Assembly: GCA_964016885.1 (NCBI GenBank)
Contig: OZ024746.1
Span: forward strand, 56,916,001 to 56,980,000
Source of the DNA: Eledone cirrhosa
Lineage: Eukaryota
Direction of reading: 5' to 3'
DNA: 64,000 nt
The notes beneath the pieces were generated by a model. The model ran no database searches. It had not been told where the DNA came from and worked only from the letters and a program-made list of their open reading frames with translations. The position numbers and the translations under genes were made by a program. Below, in pieces: positions 54,428-64,000 of the stretch. Numbering within the stretch: position 1 is the first letter of the stretch; each line of letters begins with the position of its first letter.

Positions 54428-55765
54428 ATAAAGAATTAATATCTAGTAACATATATATACATACAGATGCATATCGATGCTAGCAAATATATAGGTTTTG
54501 TCTTAGTAACTTTGTGGTTCAATGCATGGGGTTGCAGTACAATAATATGAGAGACGTAAAATAAGAAAATTATAAAATTAACTTACTTACTAAAATTTCA
54601 CTCCCAACTAATTAGTTTCTGAAATGGAATAATTATATTTTCCGAAGAAAATATAGAGAAGCATTTCGTCGTCAGGGAAGTCTATTCTCAGCTAAGTATC
54701 CAGGCAAAGCGTGGACTCTGGAAACTTATACAAAAATAATTCAGTGGATAGAAAATAGCAAAGCGTGGACTGAATTCCTAGCCTACTGAAATCACTGCCT
54801 ACTGCGTCGGTGGCAAATTCAAAAAGAATCAATCACGTGACATCGAGCTCAATCAGTGGAAAGTGGGTTGTTAAGAAGACAGCGGCCTGCCTGCTACCAT
54901 AGCAGCAGTCTTGGCCAATATTGCTCGACAAATAATTTGGAGATAATTATAAAGAATTAATATCTAGTAACATATATATACATACAGATGCATATCAATG
55001 CTAGCAAATATATAGGTTTTGTCTTAGTAACTTTGTGGTTCAATGCATGGGGTTCCAGAGTCCATGCTTTGCCTGGATACTTAGCTGAGAATAGACTTCC
55101 CTGACGACGAAATGCTTCTCTATATTTTCTTCGGAAAGTATATTTATTCCATTTCAGAATCTAATTAGTTGGGAGTGAAATTTTAGTAAGTAAGTTAATT
55201 TTATAATTTTCTTATTTTACGTCTCTCATATTATTGTTCTGCAACCCCATGCATTGAACCACAAAGTTACTAAGACAAAACCTATATATTTGCTAGCATT
55301 GATATGCATCTGTATGTATATATATGTTACTAGATATTAATTCTTTATAATTATCTCCAAATTATTTGTCGAGCAATATTGGCCAAGACTGCTGCTATGG
55401 TAGCAGGCAGGCAGCTGTCTTCTTAACTTCTTAACAAACCACTTTCCACTGATTGACCTCGATGTCACATGATTGATTCTTTTTGAATTTGCCACCGACG
55501 CAGTAGGCAGTGATTTTCTCAATGGCTAGGAATTCAGTCCACGCTTTGCTATTTTCTATCCACTGAATTATTTTTGTATAGGTTTCCAGAGTCCACGCTT
55601 TGCCTGGATACTGAGCTGAGAATAGACGTCCATGACGAAGAAATGCTTCTCTATATTTTCTTCGGAAAATATATTTATTCCATTTCAGGAACTAATTAGT
55701 TGAGAGTGAAATTTTAGTAAGTAAGTTAATTTTATAATTTTCTTATTTCACCTCTCTCATATATT
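54428..55765. mobile_element. Non-coding HHR-containing repeat (family D, ~520-530-bp unit): inverted and tandem units; retrozyme-like
   Basis: AAAGAATTAATATCTAGTAAC occurs at 54430 and 54951. The inversion point is ~55055. CAGAGTCCA.GCTTTGCCTGGATAC occurs at ~55056 and ~55587. (TA)n flanks. Confidence 0.8.
54601..54680 (-). ncRNA. Hammerhead ribozyme (family D) with cUUCGg-capped stem II extension
   Basis: CTTCC-CTGACGA-C-GAAATG..TATATTTTC-TTCG-GAAAATATA..CATTTC-A-GAAA-CTAATTAG-TT-GGGAG. Mutated copies lie at 55096-55175 and ~55626-55705 (+). Confidence 0.8.
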
Positions 55766-56034
55766 TATATATATGTATATACGCATTTAATAATGCACCG
55801 GCTGTGTAGTTTCTGGATAAGATGTAATTATAAAAAGAGGAGAGCAAGAACGGTTGTCTGCTGGGTGTCTTGGACATTTCAACGCACTAAAGACAATATG
55901 TCTCACCCCAGCGCATCAATAACTTAAGGAAGTTATTGGGAAAAAAAGGGAAAGAGATAAATAATTAGTAACTGAAGGGAAGAGGTAAGAAAAAGGAAAA
56001 AGCATCGAAAAAAAGAGCAGAAAAAACCTCAGAA

Positions 56035-56100
<66 letters not shown>

Positions 56101-56104
56101 GGAG

Positions 56105-56353
56105 GGGGGGGAGATCACTTGCAATACATCGGTTACCACGACGAATGTTCCAATCGATCCGATCAACGGAACAGCATGTTGCGTGAGAAGCCTGACTTTT
56201 CGAATTACGGAGAAAACAAATTTAGATAGCTGAGTGGCCAGGAGCAGCGTGAAACAAAATTTCTTGCTCAAGCACACAACACACCGCACGGAATCGTACG
56301 CATGAACTTGCGGTTGTAAACCGAATACATTAACTACAACGCCACGAGCCTTC
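56105..56353 (-). mobile_element. Second tRNA-derived SINE family
   Basis: The minus strand has the head CGTGGCGTTGTAGTTAA..., a degenerate B box and GTGTTGTGTGCTTGAGCAAGA. Confidence 0.6.
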
Positions 56354-56392
56354 ACATATATGTTGTTCATATATATACATACACACACACAA

Positions 56393-56423
<31 letters not shown>

Positions 56424-56539
56424 CGAACACACACAAACACATGCACATACTATTTATATATATATATATATATATAAGCAGCGATTCTTTGCTTAAACTT
56501 GAATCTGTTATTTTAATAAATATATATATATATATATAA

Positions 56540-58950
56540 ATTAATAAAAACAATGAATAAAAACAAAGAATAAGTTCCTTATATTTAAAATTCCTCATTT
56601 TACGATCGTTTCTAGGATATATATGTGTGTTGGTATGTATATCTTACAGATCTATGTAAAAATATTACAAACTATCAGAGGAAATATACATACCTTCACA
56701 TATATATGCTGTCTTCAGAAATAATGAGATATGTTTATTGAAAAAAAACAACAAAGATTTAATATAATAGGTCTGATTGGGGACAGGTTTTGAATTGACC
56801 AATAGAAAAGTAGTAAGTGATCAAGTTGATAGAATACTAGTAGTAGAAATTTAATATAGAGGTAGAGGAATGCAGACTTATGTTTTGAATGAAAAGAATA
56901 CTTTGGGGATGAAAAGAGGTCAAGCCGGTGAAAGGTACGCGTAAATTTGATGTTATTAAAGAATAATGTTAAAAACGAAGGAGAGTAACATTTTAGGGTA
57001 AAGGTATAAGTGAGAAATACCAGTCTTATTTAAAACATAAGGAATTTAGATCTATAACAAGAAATTCAATTAATTGATATGTATACTTATAGGGATAAAT
57101 TTATATTAATTCATTTGGATATGATAAATAAGATCGAGATGTTATTAAATGTTAAAAATGAAGGAAAATAAAATTTTAGGATACGTGTATTAGTCAGAAA
57201 TACGAATCTTATATAGACTACAAGGAATCTAGATTCATAACAGGAAATTAAATTAATTTATATGTATTCTTTTAGGAAAACAGAGCTGTAAGCGGGAAAT
57301 AAAATTATGAAGTTCTCTGTAGTAAAGTACAAATAATAGGTTAATTAAATTAAAAATACTAATTATAATATGTAAAATATAAGTGTAATGTGTATATTAA
57401 TTAGGTTTATACTATTTGAAAGTTCTTCTAATTCTATGATTGCAAGATATAATTAATTCTTGTCGCTCATCTTAGATTTCATTATTTCAAAAAGTTCATG
57501 TGAGCATAATTTACACTCATATCTGTTATTTTGATTAGGGATGGCCCTTTTAAGCACACTCCAGGTCAGGTTATAATGGATATTCTTTTTTCTATAATTA
57601 TTAATTGTTTCAGCCAAGGATGTTGTATTAGCTAATGCGGCATTTTAAAAACTATGTTTGTGGGTATTAAATCTTACTTTAAATTGGTTAGACGTAGCTC
57701 CTATATATGAATAAGTTGAGTACTTAGTGCTAATTTTACATTTATATACTATGTTATTAATAAGACAATTTCCTTTTAATGGGCAATTTCTTTTGTTTCT
57801 ACAGTTACACCCATTTGTGAATATTATATCAGGGGAGTTAGTCACATTTGGTGTGGAATTTACTCGACTTGTTATATGCGAAGGAGATGGTGGTTTGTTG
57901 CGGTTTATTTTAGTATTATGGTAGGATTGATGTGTTCGTGGTGTATTCGAGGTTATTTTACATTTATATGCGTTGTACGCACTTATATTTTGTTGTATAT
58001 TTTTGGTAGTGGAGTAGGAAAATTTGACAGTTGATCTATTTAGGATAGTAAAACAATTTTTAGGGATATTATCTTTAATTTGTAGATTAAATGGAGCATT
58101 ATACTAAGTAACACGTCTATTACGGTTTCGATGTTGTTTTTTATATATATACGATGTATCAGGATGTTTACAAAGAGAGTTAGTATTAGTGAATTTATTA
58201 TATATAGGTTTAGTTAGATTAACTGATTTAGGTGTTTCAGTCTGATAATTAGGAATTTTGTTATTAATGTTATTAACGTATATTGGAGTATTAGGATGAA
58301 TTGTTTCTTGAAATATATTATATTTTATGTGAGGAGAGGTAGAGATATTTAATTTTAGGTTGGTATTTTTGGGTGTAGTGTGAGTGTCATTTAGGTGATT
58401 GTTTTTCATTTGGTGTTTGTTGGTAATATTGGGTTGTATGTTTGAAGTATTATTAGTGCAAGGTATATATACTAATTTGTTTTTGTGGCCGCTTCTTGCT
58501 AATGCTTCGTTATAAAAGGGAGCAATGTTATCGAATACATACTGGCTAGATGAACGGTTAAAAATTCTGAGTGAGATATTATATACTAGGTTTTTAATGA
58601 TAGATCTAGGGTGATGGATTGTGAGTGTATGTAATATAAGTTTTGGTTAGGTTTATGGTAAGGTTGGTAGATACCCGTAGATAAGTCTAAAGTTATATCT
58701 ATGAAATAAACTATTTTATTGGTGTTTTCCAATGTAATAGTGAGATTATAATTGTCTTTGAGGAAAGTTCTAATAAGTTTTTTTATTTTTTTCAATTTCT
58801 GATAGGCTAAGATTAGTGGAAAGAAGAAGACAGTCATCACGCTATAACGCTATAAACCACCTTTAAGGTGGGGGAAAAGAAGAATTTATGATAAATAGAA
58901 GAAAGAGGCCCACAAGATCGGTAATTTGGGCAGAATCACTAGATCCCATA
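56540..58950 (-). mobile_element. PLE, 5'-truncated, degenerate RT-EN with long linker and HHR pLTR
   Basis: MGSSDSAQITDLVG, YFIDITLDL..YQPYHKP and CNCRNKRNCPLKGNCLINNIVY..YIGATS..R..H on the minus strand. Confidence 0.9.
56597..56722 (-). ncRNA. Hammerhead ribozyme, extended stem II
   Basis: ATTT-CTGAAGA-C-AGCATATATATGTG...CACATATATATCCT-A-GAAA-CGATCG-TA-AAAT. Confidence 0.8.
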
Positions 58951-58997
<47 letters not shown>

Positions 58998-60345
58998 AAA
59001 CGGAAAAAATGAAACGAATTTTCATTTCTCACTCTTAGTACAGCTATTACTTAAATATAAGTATGTATACGTACATACATATATGTGTACAGACGTACAA
59101 TGGTGTGTATATATATACATACAAGCACACATATATATATGTATGTATGGATTTACCGAACATTTATAATAATGCTCGGTTTGTTTGTAAACAAACATCC
59201 CGAATTAAGCCGTACAGGCTTTAGCAACCATCGTTGCCATTTTGTTCAACATTGACAAAGGAACGATGTACTAGTTCCAAGATTATTAACTATCGTCAGC
59301 ACTGTATACCTTCCTGCCAGATGATTGAACGTCTGAAAGTATATACTTTCCTTATGCATATTAACTGCTGAGCCGCCTAATTTGCATATCGAGTGAGTTA
59401 ATCGGCCGTCGCACTGAAAAGGATAAATGGAAAATATGAAACGAAACTGCATGTCTCACTCTTAGTAGTATGTATATATATACATACATGCACACATGTA
59501 TATATATATATGTACGTATGAATTTACCTAACATTTATTAAAATGCTCGGTTTGTTTGTAAACAAACATCCCGAATTAAGTCGTACAGTGTTTATAAACC
59601 ATCGTTACCCTTTTGTTCAACACTGACAAAGAAACGATGTACGAGTTTCAAGCTTATTAGCTATCGTCAGCACCGTATGCCTTCCTGCCAGATGATTGAA
59701 CGTATGGAAGTATATACTTTCCTGATGCATATTAACGGCTGAGCAGCCTAATTTGCATATTGAGTGGGTTAATCGGCCGGGCGCACCGAAAACGATAAAT
59801 GTTCGGTAAATCCATACGTACATATATATATGGGTACATGTATGTATATATATAGATACTACTATACGTCTGTATACATACATGTATGTACGTATACATA
59901 CTTATATTTAAGTAACAGCCGTACTAAAAGTGAGAAATGAAATTTCGTTTCATGTTTTTCATTTATCGTTTTCGGTGCGCCCGGCCGATTAACTCACTCG
60001 ATATGCAAATTAGCCTGCTCAGCCGTTAATATGCATAAGGAAAGTATATACTTTCAGACGTTCAATCATCTGACAGGAAGCTATACGGTGCTGATGATAC
60101 ATAATAAGCTTGAAACTAGTACATCGCTCTTTGTCAGGGTTGAACAAATGGGCAACGATGGTTGGTAAACAGTGTACGGCGTAATTCGGGATGTTGGTTT
60201 AAAAAACAAACCGAGCATTATAATAAATATCCGGTAAATCCATACTTACATATATATATGTGTGCATGTATGTATATATTTACATACTACTGTATGTCTG
60301 TATACATATATGTATGTACGTATACATACTTATATTTATATATAG
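58998..60345. mobile_element. Family C retrozyme-like cluster: ~2 minus-strand units then ~1.3 plus-strand units, 3 HHRs
   Basis: HHRs at 59264-59304 (-, GAAA mutated), 59635-59675 (-) and 60086-60126 (+). The inversion lies near 59795. Homologous to 902-1695. Confidence 0.8.
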
Positions 60346-60788
<443 letters not shown>

Positions 60789-60793
60789 TATAA

Positions 60794-60852
<59 letters not shown>

Positions 60853-61193
60853 TCTAACGACATCGATTATTTAACTCGTCATCATAACACACATAACTGA
60901 TGCCATGAACGGAATGCTAAGCCCCTCTGATTATTCCCAAGAAACAGAACTCTCAGAAGCCACTGGTATTGGCCGCACAGCATCATGGAGATGCATTGGT
61001 CATATTCTACAACTTACTGTGAGCAACCACTTTAAGACAATATGCCCACCACCACCACCACCAAAAGAAATAACAAAACGATAATCTATATGCCCCAAAC
61101 CAGAATAATCTAACTGTGTAATATGTCGTGTTCTGCTGAATGATAACTAAAGCAAGGCCAATGTATATATGGATATATCTATAAGTATACCCT

Positions 61194-61317
<124 letters not shown>

Positions 61318-61374
61318 TTATATAAGTATACATACTCACATGCACACACAAATATATTTATATATGCATATATA

Positions 61375-61505
<131 letters not shown>

Positions 61506-61794
61506 CGTATACATTTAAAACAAAGATTTCGTAATAAATGATGACAAAAAAATTTCGCTTATGCAACGTAAGCAATTACCAGAAAGTGAAAATAAAACCA
61601 GGTTTTTAGCAATACAATTATGATGTGTAAGAAGAGATAAAAGGAAGAGTCACTTGAAAAACAAAACGTGCAGCATGTTGAAATAAATCCATATTCTCAC
61701 ATGCATTCACCATATATGCTAATGTTCACATCCATGTATATGCTTATGCATAAGCATATGTATATGTGGTAGCGTATACGTGTGTGTATGCACA

Positions 61795-61851
<57 letters not shown>

Positions 61852-61870
61852 TTATATATATATACATATA

Positions 61871-61902
<32 letters not shown>

Positions 61903-62767
61903 CAGACACTCACACCACAAACATATACACACTCACACATATATACATATATATGTTTATATATATATATATATATACACACATCATACATATCTACATA
62001 CATCCATACACGCGTATCAGGATTTGCTTGTTTTTTTTTGTTATTTTTTGTATTTATTCATTGGCTTACTTCATATAATATTATATTATATAGATTCTAT
62101 TCCATTTCCTATTTTCCCCATTCTCTGACAATCTTGTTCGGAATGTTCTCTTTTGCTGAAGATGTGCAATCACTATTCCCGTATTCCTTGCCTTAAAATA
62201 TATATATATTCTATACAATTGTAAACAATTAAAGCTTTGTCTCATTCCACTCATTCTCACATTGCTTTCTCTAGCGCTCTATTTTATATTCCATACGCAT
62301 CCTATTAGTTTTCAATAAGCATCTAGTAATTAAATTTCAGCACGAATCTCTAATATGCTATTGATAATAACATTACATTCTCACAATAGATTCAATCTAG
62401 TTCACATTGTTTTTTCTGTCTCATTCATATACCTTCGTTTTACAATTCATTTCTGGCTATTGAATAGCAGTGAATTTTCAAAAGAGTAAAAATAAAATAA
62501 AATAAACTTAAGATAAATAAGTATAACTATAAAATATAGGAGTAAATATAAAATAAAATGGAACAAATTAAACATTTATAAAAATAAATGAAAATAGTTG
62601 TAAATTGTATAAAAAAATAGAAAATAAAGTGTATATATAGGAATGCAAACTTGCGATAAACGTATGCATGTATATATATACATTAGTCTTCAAATTTATT
62701 ATTATTACTATATATATATATATGTGTGTGTGTATTTATGTTTGTATATATGTATATATGTACATGC

Positions 62768-62808
<41 letters not shown>

Positions 62809-62963
62809 TATATACATATATATAAATATATATATATATATACACATACACACACACACACATATATATATATATAATATTTGCTCTACGGTTCTTATAT
62901 AGTTGATATATATATATCCTTATCGAGTCCTCTTTGGATTTTAGTCTTCAAATTTATTGTTAT

Positions 62964-63084
<121 letters not shown>

Positions 63085-63430
63085 TGTTTCATTCAAAGGA
63101 AATCATGAGGACATGAAGAAAAGCCTTAACAATTGCCTTCGATGAAACAGTTCTAGTCCAGTAAAAGCGATTTCAATATCCGTATGTTTGCGATGGGTGA
63201 GAGAAAGTAGAACTAAATACCGAAGTAGATTTTTAATATTCATTTTACTGAGTAAGTGTTGTTACTTTAAGTTTCGCTTGTTTATCACAAGGTGATCAGA
63301 CATATATACATTTCCACAATTTACATATATAAGTATATATAGTTATAGACACACATTTATATAAAGATAAAACTCTATCTATCGATCTATATCTATCTAT
63401 ATACACATATACGCGCGCGCACACGCACGC

Positions 63431-63478
<48 letters not shown>

Positions 63479-64000
63479 TAAGGAAAAGAAATCGAAAATG
63501 CGACTGGATACTTTTTAAGAAAATCTATCTATTTCCTTTACCTGTTTCACAGTTCTTATGCTTTTCAAAAGTATAATTGAGATGGAAAGTTTGTATATAT
63601 ACAAACACACATATGCAGAGAATCTTTTCGAGGTTTCTATTGAAAGAAATGTTTTGCAAATGTTTACCGATCTTATGTATATTATCCAAATACTTGCTCA
63701 TGTGTACAATCTGGAAATCCTGCCATGTGGCTTTCTTTCTAAAATCTATCCATTAATTCTTTCTGCAACATTCTAAGCTCATCACCAGTATCACACAACT
63801 GTGATATATCAATGATAGCACGTCCACATTTGCATTTTAATGACGTTCGTTATCCTTTATGGTGTAACGATACACTAGAGACCCTTCGAAGGAAACCCAA
63901 TTCGTCTGTTCGTATATTCAAGATAGCGATTGAAACAATTACATATACCTCTATTTTTTGACAAACGAGCGTTAATGATAGATTATCATTACACCATATC

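Overview
AT-rich, microsatellite-dense eukaryotic DNA with no recognisable host gene. The SINE content suggests an octopod cephalopod, which is inferred from recalled repeat sequences and not verified. The window is dominated by Penelope-like retroelements (PLEs) with an RT and a C-terminal Cys-rich GIY-YIG endonuclease. There are at least 8 coding copies or fragments from several subfamilies, including one uninterrupted 726-aa ORF at 39093-41273 that appears 5'-truncated. Most PLE ends abut (TA)n tracts, and many copies carry an inverted pseudo-LTR (pLTR) that forms a palindrome. Reading both strands shows more than 20 type I hammerhead ribozyme (HHR) motifs, many degenerate, in about 10 sequence families. 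Many have unusual features: 60-105 nt structured stem II domains, a mismatch at the 10.1-11.1 pair, and U4C, U4A or U3-A8 core variants. Two non-coding HHR-bearing tandem units (about 430 bp and 530 bp) look like retrozymes. The window also holds a 7.9-kb 30/32-bp satellite, tRNA-derived SINEs, two Tx1-like LINE 3' ends, a small Tc1/mariner-type MITE and a possible Gypsy remnant. Most ORFs in the supplied track are microsatellite artefacts.
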